Of a stretch of 64,000 nucleotides of DNA, positions 1-8,288 are shown one piece after another; within the stretch, counting starts at the first letter, position 1; each line of letters opens with the position of its first letter. The notes beneath the pieces were generated by a model that searched no databases, was not told where the DNA came from, and saw only the letters and a program-made list of their open reading frames with translations. Location: contig CAVUMN010000003.1 in the NCBI GenBank assembly GCA_963742735.1, forward strand, positions 544,001 through 608,000, read 5' to 3'. The position numbers and the translations under genes were made by a program. This DNA is from an uncultured Actinomycetes bacterium. Its GTDB lineage: Bacteria; Actinomycetota; UBA4738; JBBDTT01.

Positions 1-257
1 TGGATGAGCCCGGTGCCGTGCTCGTCGTTCGCCAGCACGTCGTGGACCGAGAGGACGAAGCTGCCCTCGGACAACTCCACGACCTTGCCGAAGAACGCCA
101 TCACCGCGTCGCGGCCGTCGAAGTCGCCCGAGATCGCGCTGCGGCCGGGGGAGTGCCACACGATGCTCTCGTCGAACGCCGCCATCACCGGTTCCATGTC
201 GCCGGTCGCGAACCCCTCGTAGGCCTTGAGAAGGAGCTCCTCGTTTGGATGTGCCAT
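1..257 (-). CDS. SnoaL-like / NTF2-family protein (runs off window start)
   Basis: Not in ORF track. Manual translation from ATG at 257 gives MAHPNEELLLKAYEGFATGDMEPVMAAFDESIVWHSPGRSAISGDFDGRDAVMAFF..., typical of NTF2/SnoaL proteins; GGAG upstream. Confidence 0.8.
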   Translation of the reverse strand, partial: MAHPNEELLLKAYEGFATGDMEPVMAAFDESIVWHSPGRSAISGDFDGRDAVMAFFGKVVELSEGSFVLSVHDVLANDEHGTGLI

Positions 258-346
258 CTCCTGCCCTCCCTAGGGTCGTTGCTTCGACTCTAGCCCCGAG
301 GCGCGGACCGGGAAAGCGGACGAGGTTCCGGTAGGCTGGCGCGGCC

Positions 347-1522
347 ATGGACGACCTGGGGTTCACCACTCGGGCCATGCGCGGCGAAACCGATCCGGGG
401 GACGCCCGGCCCGTCTCGACACCGATCTACCAATCCGCGACGTTCTCGTTCGAGGATCCGGAAGTCCTCGCCGACCTCATCGCTCGGGGGAAGGACACGG
501 GGTTCGTCTACTCGCGCTGGCACAACCCCACGCGGGACGCCCTGGAGCGGGTGGTGGCCGACCTCGAGGGCGCGGAGCGGGGGCTCTCGTTCGCCTCGGG
601 GATGGCGGCCATCACCACCGTCCTCTCCACGCTGGTGCAGGCCGGCGACCAGGTCGTGGCCAGCCCCGACCTGTACGGGGGGGCCCACGCCCTGCTGACG
701 AAGATCCTGCCGCGGTGGGGCGTCGAGGTGCGCCTGGCGGCCTCCTATCGCGCGGAGGACATCCTGGAGGCCGCGGGTCCGGGCACCCGCCTGGTGTACG
801 CCGAGACGATCGGCAACCCGCGCATCTCGGTGCCCGACCTCGAGGCGCTCGGACGAGGATGCGCGGAGCGCGGCGTGGCCCTGGTGGTCGACAACACCTT
901 CGCCAGCCCGTTCCTGTGCAACCCCATCAAGTTCGGGGCCGGCGTGGTGATCCACTCGGCGACGAAGTACCTGGGCGGGCACGGGGACCTCACCGCCGGC
1001 GTGGCCGTGGGCGATGCCGAGACGATGCGAATGGTCCGGGAGACGCTGGTCGAGCTCGGAGGCGTCGCGTCGCCGCTCGACGCGTGGCTGACCCTGCGGG
1101 GGATCCAGACCCTCGAGCTGCGCATGCGGAGGCACTGTTCGAACGCGACGGAGCTGGCGGGGATGCTCGAGGGCCACTCGAAGGTCACCCGGGTCTGGTA
1201 TCCGGCCCTGACGTCGCACGAGGATCACGAGGTTGCCCGCCGGATCCTCACCGGCCCCTCGGGCATGCTCTCCTTCGAGGTCGACGGAGGCCTGGAGGCG
1301 GGCCGCCGGTTTCAGCGGGCGCTCGAGGTCGCCGTGGTCGCGCCGAGCCTGGGTGCCACCCGCACCCTGGTCAGTCACGCGGCGAGCGTCACCCACACGC
1401 AGCTCACCCGCGCCGAGCGGGAGGCGGCCGGGATCACCGACGGATTCGTCCGCGTCTCGGTCGGGATCGAGGACCCCAAGGACCTCCTCGAGGACTTCGA
1501 GCGGGCCCTGGAGAAGGCGTGA
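347..1522 (+). CDS. PLP-dependent trans-sulfuration enzyme (cystathionine gamma-synthase/lyase or methionine gamma-lyase family)
   Basis: Motifs PIYQSATF, YSRWHNPT, FASGMAA, VDNTF, HSATKYLGGHGD (PLP lysine), RVSVGIE. Confidence 0.9.
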   Translation: MDDLGFTTRAMRGETDPGDARPVSTPIYQSATFSFEDPEVLADLIARGKDTGFVYSRWHNPTRDALERVVADLEGAERGLSFASGMAAITTVLSTLVQAGDQVVASPDLYGGAHALLTKILPRWGVEVRLAASYRAEDILEAAGPGTRLVYAETIGNPRISVPDLEALGRGCAERGVALVVDNTFASPFLCNPIKFGAGVVIHSATKYLGGHGDLTAGVAVGDAETMRMVRETLVELGGVASPLDAWLTLRGIQTLELRMRRHCSNATELAGMLEGHSKVTRVWYPALTSHEDHEVARRILTGPSGMLSFEVDGGLEAGRRFQRALEVAVVAPSLGATRTLVSHAASVTHTQLTRAEREAAGITDGFVRVSVGIEDPKDLLEDFERALEKA

Positions 1523-2640
1523 GGCGCCGGGTCGCCGTCATCTTCGGGGGACGCTCGGCGGAGCACGAGGTCTCGGTCGTCTCCGCGCGATCGGTGATCG
1601 ACGCGCTCGACCCAGACCGATACGAGGTGGTCCCGATCGGGATCGACAAAGACGGCCGTTGGCATCTCCTGGAGGGACCGCCCCGGCTCGAGGAGGGGTC
1701 GAAGCAGCTCCCGGCGGTTGCGGGCGACGCCGGCGTCGAGGTGGCGCTGTCCCGCGAGCCCGGAGAGCGTGCGCTGGTCTCCGACGCCGGCGAGCGCTCG
1801 GCGTTCGACGTGGCGTTCCCGGTTCTGCACGGGCCGTTCGGCGAGGACGGAACCATCCAGGGGCTCCTCGAGCTCGCGGGGATCCCCTACGTCGGCGCGG
1901 GGGTCCTGGCCTCGGCGGTGGGGATGGACAAGGCCGTGCAGAAGACGCTGTTCCGGGCGGCGGGGCTGCCCGTCGTCCCGCACCTGGTGGTGACGGAGAA
2001 GGACTGGGACGAGGACCCCGACCAGGTCGAGGCGGGGGCCGAGAGCCTCGGGTACCCCGTGTTCGTCAAGCCGGTGTCCCTCGGCTCCTCGGTGGGCATC
2101 GCGAAGGTCAAGCAGCCCGACCAGCTCGCGGAGGCCGTCGCCGGGGCGTTCGCCCACGGGCGCAAGATCCTGGTCGAGAAGGGCATGGAGGGGTTCCGCG
2201 AGATCGAGTGTGCCCTGCTCGGCAACGACGACCCCGTGGCGAGCGTGCCCGGAGAGGTCATCGCCGCAGGGGAGTTCTACGACTACCGCGCGAAGTACCT
2301 CGACGGCAACACGGTGATCGACGTTCCCGCCACCCTGCGCCCCGAGACGGTGGAGACCGTCCAGCGGATGGCGGTGGCCGCGTTCACGGCGATCGACTGC
2401 GAGGGGATGGCGCGGGTCGACTTCTTCGTCCGGGAGCCTGACGACGTGTACGTGAACGAGATCAACACGATCCCCGGCTTCACCAGCATCTCGATGTACC
2501 CGATGATGTGGGAGGCATCCGGCCTGACCTACGCGGAGCTGGTCGACCGGCTCGTGGAGCTCGCGCTGGAGCGTCACGACCGGGAGGCCGCCCGCGCGAC
2601 GCGAGGCGCCGACGCCGCGGAGAGGCCCGCATTCACATGA
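1519..2640 (+). CDS. ddl: D-alanine--D-alanine ligase
   Basis: GTG at 1519 overlaps the upstream TGA. Motifs FGGRSAEHEVS, LHGPFGEDGTIQG, MDK, GSSVG, FYDYRAKY, NEINTIPG. Confidence 0.95.
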   Translation: MRRRVAVIFGGRSAEHEVSVVSARSVIDALDPDRYEVVPIGIDKDGRWHLLEGPPRLEEGSKQLPAVAGDAGVEVALSREPGERALVSDAGERSAFDVAFPVLHGPFGEDGTIQGLLELAGIPYVGAGVLASAVGMDKAVQKTLFRAAGLPVVPHLVVTEKDWDEDPDQVEAGAESLGYPVFVKPVSLGSSVGIAKVKQPDQLAEAVAGAFAHGRKILVEKGMEGFREIECALLGNDDPVASVPGEVIAAGEFYDYRAKYLDGNTVIDVPATLRPETVETVQRMAVAAFTAIDCEGMARVDFFVREPDDVYVNEINTIPGFTSISMYPMMWEASGLTYAELVDRLVELALERHDREAARATRGADAAERPAFT

Positions 2641-3776
2641 AGATCCTGATCAGCTACCGGCGCGAGGACACGTCCGGCTATGCCGGCCGGCTCTACGACG
2701 ACCTGAGCGAGGTCTACGGCAAGGGCCAGGTGTTCATCGACATCGACGCCATCGAGCCCGGCGTCGACTTCACCGAGGTCATCGCCCGGGAGGTCGGCTC
2801 CTCGGACGTGGTGCTCGTCCTCATCGGCCCTCGATGGCTCACCCTCGCGGACGGTGAGGGGAACCGGCGCCTGGACAATCCCGAGGACTACCACCGCCTG
2901 GAGATCGAGGCGGCGCTCCAGCGGGACATCCGGGTGATCCCCCTGTTGTTCCAGGGCGCGGCGATGCCTAACCGCGACCAGCTCCCGGAGCCGATCCGGA
3001 AGCTCGCGGTGCGCAACGCCCTCGAGATCACCGATCAGCGCTGGGCGTTCGACCTCGGCCGCCTCACCGAGGCCCTGACGCGGGTCCTGGAGGGCTCGGG
3101 CGACGCCGCCACGGCCCGCCCTCGGCACGGGCGGCCTTCACCCCAAGCCGCCCGCCGGCCTTCGGAACGAGCCGCTTCTCCCGCTCGCAGTACCCAGACG
3201 ATCCCCACGGCCCGGAGCCGTCGTTTGGTGATCGGGTCCGTGGCCCTGGTCGTGCTCCTCGTCGCCGGCGTGCTCGGGTGGCAGCTCTTCCGCTCGGAAA
3301 AGGCGCCGGGTTCGCCCGGCGGCGGGGCCTCCCCCTCCGCATCGGGGGCCGCCGTCCCGGTCGGGGACTCGGTGCTCGTTCAGCTGGCGTGGCACGGCCC
3401 GCCCGACGACCTCGACATGTGGATCGCCACGCCCGGAGGCGTCTCCGGCGGCGTGTACGAGGCGGGAGACGCCGAGCACAGCGGCGACAGCAAGGGCCCC
3501 GACGCCCAGGAGACCGTGGTGATCGATCTCTCCGCCCCGTCCCCGATGTGGGCGGGCGAGTACGAGATCCACGTCGACAACTTCACCTGCGAGAAGGAGA
3601 TCTCCGATTCCGACGCGGTCATCACCATCCGGTCGGGCGATCGGGAGGTCGCGGAGATCGGGGTCCCGACCGCCGACGGCAAGCGGTGGACCGTCGGCAC
3701 CCTGACCCTGAGCGCGGATCGGGATGCTTCGTTCGTCGCGGACGGGTCGGTCGAGGAGATCTGCGCGTCCGGCTGA
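2637..3776 (+). CDS. TIR-domain membrane protein with C-terminal YfaP/DUF2135-like extracytoplasmic domain
   Basis: ATG at 2637 (ATGA overlap with ddl). N-terminal TIR_2 pattern ISYRREDT...FIDIDAIEPGVDF...VLIGPRW...RLEIEAAL...VIPLL; one TM helix (LVIGSVALVVLLVAGVLGWQLF); C-terminal QLAWHGPPDDLDMW...QETVVI...GEYEIHVDNF. Confidence 0.8.
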   Translation: MKILISYRREDTSGYAGRLYDDLSEVYGKGQVFIDIDAIEPGVDFTEVIAREVGSSDVVLVLIGPRWLTLADGEGNRRLDNPEDYHRLEIEAALQRDIRVIPLLFQGAAMPNRDQLPEPIRKLAVRNALEITDQRWAFDLGRLTEALTRVLEGSGDAATARPRHGRPSPQAARRPSERAASPARSTQTIPTARSRRLVIGSVALVVLLVAGVLGWQLFRSEKAPGSPGGGASPSASGAAVPVGDSVLVQLAWHGPPDDLDMWIATPGGVSGGVYEAGDAEHSGDSKGPDAQETVVIDLSAPSPMWAGEYEIHVDNFTCEKEISDSDAVITIRSGDREVAEIGVPTADGKRWTVGTLTLSADRDASFVADGSVEEICASG

Positions 3777-3778
3777 CG

Positions 3779-4321
3779 TCAGTGTGCCGCGGCAAGCAGC
3801 CGGTCGAACACCTCGTCGGGCGCCCCCACCCCGTTCACGCGCACCAGCCGGTCGCCGTAGTGGTCTCGGAGCGGGCCGATCTCGCCGCGGTACACCTCGA
3901 AGCGGTTGGCGATCGTCTCGGGGGTGTCGTCGGTCCGGTTGTGCTTCATCGCCCGGGCCAGGAGACGAGGGAGGAGCACCTCCTCGGGCACCACGAGCTC
4001 CAGGACCCGGTCGGGGGTCTCGGGCGCGAGCGCCCGGTCGAGGGCCGCCGCCTGGTTGGCGCTGCGCGGGTAGCCGTCGAGCACGAACCCCGGGGGAAGC
4101 GTGTCGAGGAGGACCCGCGCGAGGATCGCGTCCGGCACCAGGGCGCCGCCGGCCATGATCTCACCGACCCGGTGTGGGTCGCCGGCCGCGATCGAGGCGC
4201 GGAGCAGGTCTCCCGAGGAGACGTGGTCGACGCCCAGCGCGTGCGCCAGCCGTTCGCCCTGCGTGCCCTTCCCGCTTCCCGGGGGGCCGAGCAGGACGAT
4301 GCGCGGCGCGGTGCGGGTCAG
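3779..4321 (-). CDS. adk: adenylate kinase family protein (short-LID type); probable CTG start
   Basis: The frame upstream of the track's ATG (4156) encodes RIVLLGPPGSGKGTQ...HVSSGDLLR; also GALVPD, GFVLDGYPR, RTDD. No ATG/GTG/TTG precedes the P-loop; CTG at 4321 overlaps the upstream TGA. Confidence 0.8.
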   Translation of the reverse strand: MTRTAPRIVLLGPPGSGKGTQGERLAHALGVDHVSSGDLLRASIAAGDPHRVGEIMAGGALVPDAILARVLLDTLPPGFVLDGYPRSANQAAALDRALAPETPDRVLELVVPEEVLLPRLLARAMKHNRTDDTPETIANRFEVYRGEIGPLRDHYGDRLVRVNGVGAPDEVFDRLLAAAH

Positions 4322-4551
4322 AGGTGGACGACCGGGCAGGTCAGCGTTCGGGTGATCCCGTCCACCGCCTGGATCTTGGCCACCACCAGCTTCCCGAGCT
4401 CATCCACGTTGCGGGCCTCGGCCCGGACGATCACGTCGTACGGCCCCGTCACGTCCTCGGCGGCCGCCACGCCCTTGATCTGGGCCACTTCCTTCGCTAC
4501 CTGCGCCGCCTTCCCCACCTCGGTCTGGATGAGGATGTAGGCGTTGACCAT
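4318..4551 (-). CDS. Lrp/AsnC ligand-binding-domain-only protein (copy 1)
   Basis: 77 aa, AYILIQTEVG...VTGPYDVIV...GITRTLTC; GGAGGTGA SD; typical actinobacterial neighbour of thiL/ddl. Confidence 0.9.
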   Translation of the reverse strand: MVNAYILIQTEVGKAAQVAKEVAQIKGVAAAEDVTGPYDVIVRAEARNVDELGKLVVAKIQAVDGITRTLTCPVVHL

Positions 4552-4579
4552 TCGTCACCTCCGTGACCGGCGAGGGCAC

Positions 4580-4609
4580 ATCGTAGTCAGGGGTTCACGA
4601 AGCCGACAA
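4580..4609 (-). promoter_or_regulatory. sigma70-type promoter TTGTCG-N18-TACGAT for Lrp copy 1
   Basis: Hexamers and spacing are identical to those upstream of copy 2, while the spacer sequence differs. Confidence 0.6.
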
Positions 4610-4636
4610 CCGGTGCATACATCCCGGCGCCCGGGC

Positions 4637-4870
4637 TCAGATGTGGATGACCGGGCAGGTCAGGGTCCGGGTGATTCCCTCGACCGACTGGATCTGGGCG
4701 ACCACGAGCTTTCCGAGCTCGTCGACGTTTCGGGCTTCCGCCCGGACGATCACGTCGTAGGGACCGGTGACGTCGTCAGCCGCCGTCACGCCCTTGATCT
4801 CGGCCACGTCCTTGGCTACCTGCGCCGCTTTCCCCACCTCTGTCTGGATGAGGATGTAGGCGTTCACCAT
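4637..4870 (-). CDS. Lrp/AsnC ligand-binding-domain-only protein (copy 2)
   Basis: 77 aa; 68/77 identical to 4318..4551 by manual alignment; GGAGGTGA SD. Confidence 0.9.
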   Translation of the reverse strand: MVNAYILIQTEVGKAAQVAKDVAEIKGVTAADDVTGPYDVIVRAEARNVDELGKLVVAQIQSVEGITRTLTCPVIHI

Positions 4871-4898
4871 GCATCACCTCCGAGCCGAGCGAGCGCCC

Positions 4899-4928
4899 AT
4901 CGTAGGCGTGCACGCGCGAGCGCGACAA
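4899..4928 (-). promoter_or_regulatory. sigma70-type promoter TTGTCG-N18-TACGAT for Lrp copy 2
   Basis: Same -35/-10 hexamers and 18-nt spacing as 4580..4609. Confidence 0.6.
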
Positions 4929-4961
4929 ACCGGAGGGCATCCCGGTGGGCATAATCGAGGG

Positions 4962-5123
4962 GTGAGACCGAAGCGCCGCAAGCGGCCGTCCGACGATCCA
5001 CTCGAGGCCTATCGACGCGTGCGCAAGGCCGTCCCGCCCCCCGAACGCGTGATCCCCGACCGCCGGGACAAGCTCGCCGAGCGTGCCGAACGCCGCGAAC
5101 GCAAGGCCGAGGAGAACGGGTGA
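4962..5123 (+). CDS. small basic hypothetical protein (53 aa)
   Basis: GTG at 4962 shortly after CATAAT; MRPKRRKRPSDDPLEAYRRVRKAVPPPERVIPDRR...; its stop overlaps the next GTG (GTGA). Confidence 0.6.
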   Translation: MRPKRRKRPSDDPLEAYRRVRKAVPPPERVIPDRRDKLAERAERRERKAEENG

Positions 5124-5752
5124 GGTTCGCCGACCGGACCGAGGCGGGCCGGATCCTGGCGGAGCGCCTGGAGCACCTGCGGGGCCAGGACGTGGTCGTG
5201 CTGGGCATCCCCCGGGGAGGCGTGCCGGTGGCCGCGGAGATCGCGCGAGCCCTGAACGCCCCCCTGGACGTGGTGGTGCCCCGCAAGGTCGGCGCCCCGC
5301 GGAACCCTGAGCTCGCCATCGGCGCGGTGGCACCGGGGGTGCGGGTCTTCGACGAGCGGCTCGTCCGCATGCTGCGCGTCCCCGAGTCGTACCTGGAGTC
5401 CGAGTCCGCGGCGCAGGAGCGGGAGGTGCTGCGCCGGACCGAGGCCTACCGGCGCGGCCGGCCTCCGCTCGAGCTGCGGGACAAGGTCGGGGTCATCGTC
5501 GACGACGGGGTGGCCACCGGGAGCACGGTGGTGGCCGCGGCACGGTGGGTCCGCAGCCAGGCGCCGGCCAGAACGGTCATCGCCATCCCGGTGGGTCCTC
5601 CCGAGGCGCGGCTGCGTCTGGCGCCGGAGGCGGACGAGGCCGTGTTCGTGGCCACCCCCGAGCCGTTCTACGCGGTGGGGCAGTGGTACGAGCGCTTCGA
5701 CCAGCTCACGGACGACGAGGTGATCGGGATCCTCGAGGGCGCGCGGACGTGA
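5120..5752 (+). CDS. phosphoribosyltransferase family protein
   Basis: FADRTEAG, LGIPRGG, PRPP-binding motif IVDDGVATG, AVGQWY. Confidence 0.9.
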   Translation: MRFADRTEAGRILAERLEHLRGQDVVVLGIPRGGVPVAAEIARALNAPLDVVVPRKVGAPRNPELAIGAVAPGVRVFDERLVRMLRVPESYLESESAAQEREVLRRTEAYRRGRPPLELRDKVGVIVDDGVATGSTVVAAARWVRSQAPARTVIAIPVGPPEARLRLAPEADEAVFVATPEPFYAVGQWYERFDQLTDDEVIGILEGART

Positions 5753-6120
5753 CCCCCAGCTTCTCGCCGCCCCCGCCTCTGGGAGGGCTCTCGGGTGGAG
5801 AGATCGCCGAGGTCGTGCTGGGATGTCTTCTGGTCGTGTTCGGGCTCGTCGCCGGGATCCGGACGATGGCGAGGGTGGAGCCCGGCGACTCCGGCAAGCT
5901 CCGCACGCTGATCTCGCTCCACGCCCTGGCCCGGGCGGGCTTCTGGATCGGGCTGGGAGCGATCTTCTTCGCCTACGCGTTCCGCGGGTGGTGGGCGGGG
6001 TCGCCGGAGGGACTGTTCCCCATCCCGTTGGTGATGGCCGGCCTGCGCCTGATCACCGCCCAGGCCCTCGGCCGAAACCTCCCGCCCGAGGACGATCCGG
6101 CGGCTAGCCGGCGGCCTTGA
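5749..6120 (+). CDS. small membrane protein, hypothetical
   Basis: GTG at 5749 overlaps the PRTase stop; three hydrophobic segments. Confidence 0.6.
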   Translation: MTPSFSPPPPLGGLSGGEIAEVVLGCLLVVFGLVAGIRTMARVEPGDSGKLRTLISLHALARAGFWIGLGAIFFAYAFRGWWAGSPEGLFPIPLVMAGLRLITAQALGRNLPPEDDPAASRRP

Positions 6121-7624
6121 TGATCTCCTCTTCGAGGCCCTCGTAGCCGCGGAGGTACTCCTGGCGCTCGGCCTTGAACCGGTCGACCATCTGCGCGTAC
6201 TCGTCGGCGCGGTCCTGGCGCTCGTAGAGCTTCAGCGGCTGCAGGAGCTCGGGGTCGTCGATACCGGGGACGGCGGTGGCGATCTCGTAGCCGAAGTCGG
6301 GATCGTCGGTCCAGGTGATCGAGCCCTCGGCGATCGCCTTCACGACCGCCGACGAGTGCGGGATCTTCACCTTCTTCGACCGCTCGTCGTCGGCCTTGCC
6401 CCCCACGCGTCCGGTGTTCATCAGGAACACCTCCATCGGATGGGAGTCCAGGAGCTCCAGGAACCGGTTGCCCTGCTGCTCGTGGCGCAGGGGGAAGAAC
6501 GGGTTCGTTCCCGGGACGCGGAGGAACTTGCCCGCCTCGGAGGCTCCGCCCGCGGAGGTCCCGGTGGTCTCGCCGAGCATGAAGTACGCCGCCGCCTGGG
6601 TTCGCGAGAGGCGCGCCACGGCGGGCAGGATGTTCTCGTTCCAGTTGAGGATGAGCAGGTAGTCGACCCGTTCCAGCTCCTGGGCGTCCATCGAGCGGGC
6701 GAGGTCCTCCATGCGGAACACGGCCCGTCCGTTCTGCGTGTAGGACTCCTCGAAGAAGTTCACCTTCCCGTGCTCGTCCTGGTACACGTTCTCCAGGTAG
6801 GCGTTCGGCTTGACGATCGCGTTGTAGATGTTCGGCTCGAAGTCGGGGTCCAGGGAGAACGTCTTCGCGAAGCAGCCGTTCTCGGTGGCGTAGACCTTGC
6901 CGCCCGGCATGAGCGCGATGAAGTCGTCCTGCACCGGCAGCGAGTCGTTCTGGGTGGTGAACGTGGTGGTCGTCTTGCCGGTGCCCGACAGGCCGATGAT
7001 CAGGAAGACTCTCTGGTCGCCCTCGACCGGGATCATCTTGCACCCGGCGTGCAGGGCCAGCCCGCCCCGGTCGTGGACGATCTTGTTCCACATCCGCAGG
7101 CCACCCTTCTTCGACTCCCCGAAGTAGTCGGCGTGCAGGACGCGCGTGACGCCGTGGTCGAGGTCGACGGCGATCAGGCGGTCGTCCGGGTAGCCCTCGG
7201 CCTTCAGGTTGGGCGTGTAGATGACCTGAACCTCCGGCTCCGCCCCGTCGGTGCGCGGGTAGTAGAGCTTCTGCTGCATCCCCGCGATGTTCGCGTTGGC
7301 CTTCTCGATCGTCAGGCGAGCCCGCGTCTGGAAGTCGGGGGCGTTCCCGATGTAGCCGTCGACGACGACCATCTCCTGCTCGGCGATGTAGTCGTCCTGG
7401 AGCTTGGAGATCCGCGCGAACTCCTCGCGGGTGATGGTCTTGCCGCTGGTGACGCCGGGGTCGTCGCTCACGATGAAGGTGCTGCCCGCGCTTCGCGAGG
7501 TCACCCGCGTCTGGACGTTCACGTTGTCGAACTCGCTGATCCGGCACTGGGGCATCTGCTCGGTGAACGCCCGGAGCTCCTCGGGCGTGGGGTTGTCGTG
7601 GGTCACTTTGGGCTGGACGGTCAT
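6104..7624 (-). CDS. pckA: phosphoenolpyruvate carboxykinase (ATP-type)
   Basis: YFGESKKG, LHAGC, GLSGTGKTT, QDD, ENGCFAKT, TQNGRA, LMNTG; ATG at 7624 after GGAG. Confidence 0.85.
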   Translation of the reverse strand: MTVQPKVTHDNPTPEELRAFTEQMPQCRISEFDNVNVQTRVTSRSAGSTFIVSDDPGVTSGKTITREEFARISKLQDDYIAEQEMVVVDGYIGNAPDFQTRARLTIEKANANIAGMQQKLYYPRTDGAEPEVQVIYTPNLKAEGYPDDRLIAVDLDHGVTRVLHADYFGESKKGGLRMWNKIVHDRGGLALHAGCKMIPVEGDQRVFLIIGLSGTGKTTTTFTTQNDSLPVQDDFIALMPGGKVYATENGCFAKTFSLDPDFEPNIYNAIVKPNAYLENVYQDEHGKVNFFEESYTQNGRAVFRMEDLARSMDAQELERVDYLLILNWNENILPAVARLSRTQAAAYFMLGETTGTSAGGASEAGKFLRVPGTNPFFPLRHEQQGNRFLELLDSHPMEVFLMNTGRVGGKADDERSKKVKIPHSSAVVKAIAEGSITWTDDPDFGYEIATAVPGIDDPELLQPLKLYERQDRADEYAQMVDRFKAERQEYLRGYEGLEEEIIKAAG

Positions 7625-7677
7625 CAACGCTCCTGCGATCGAGGGGTGGGTTGGGGACGCGAAAAGTGGGGCCAATC

Positions 7678-8025
7678 CTACCGGACGTACAGCTCGCCGC
7701 TGCGCTCCTCGACCGTGCCCCGGCGCAGGGGCAGGACGTGGGTGAGGCCCTTGAAGAACGCGCCCAGCCCCGGGACCTTCGCGTACCACCCGCGGGGGCC
7801 GGTCACCATCCGCCCGCTCTTGACGTCGTAGCGGGAGCCGTGGCGGGGGCAGACCAGGCAACCCTCCCGGTCGATCGCCCCGCCGGCCAGGTCGGCGAGC
7901 TGGTGGCGGCATCGCCGGCTCACCGCGAACCGGTCGCCCTTCGCGTTGCCCACCGCCCAGGGGCCCGCCCCCGTGACCTTCCGAGGAGGAAGCTCCGAGG
8001 CCGGCCCGACGTGGATCTCGCCCAT
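7678..8025 (-). CDS. Rieske 2Fe-2S domain protein
   Basis: CRH...CPRHGSRYD Rieske ligand motifs. Confidence 0.85.
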   Translation of the reverse strand: MGEIHVGPASELPPRKVTGAGPWAVGNAKGDRFAVSRRCRHQLADLAGGAIDREGCLVCPRHGSRYDVKSGRMVTGPRGWYAKVPGLGAFFKGLTHVLPLRRGTVEERSGELYVR

Positions 8026-8036
8026 GCGCGAGGCCC

Positions 8037-8246
8037 CTAGCGGGAGCCCTCGACCTCGAAGAACAGCCTGACCTGGGTGCGATACTCGACGATCGCGTTG
8101 TCCTTCACGCCCGTCGAGGTCCCCAGGATCTCCATCTTGTTGATGTGGCGGATCGTCTTCGAGGCTTCCTTCAGGGCCTCCCGGGCGGCCTCGCCCCAGG
8201 ACTCCTCGGAGACGCCCTCCAGCTCCAGCGTGTTGATGACCGGCAT
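8037..8246 (-). CDS. dodecin family protein
   Basis: 69 aa [35 protein letters not shown]...[14 protein letters not shown], the dodecin pattern; GAGG upstream. Confidence 0.85.
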   Translation of the reverse strand: MPVINTLELEGVSEESWGEAAREALKEASKTIRHINKMEILGTSTGVKDNAIVEYRTQVRLFFEVEGSR

Positions 8247-8288
8247 CGCCCTGCAGACCTCCTCGCGACGTGAGTATGGTTGATCATC

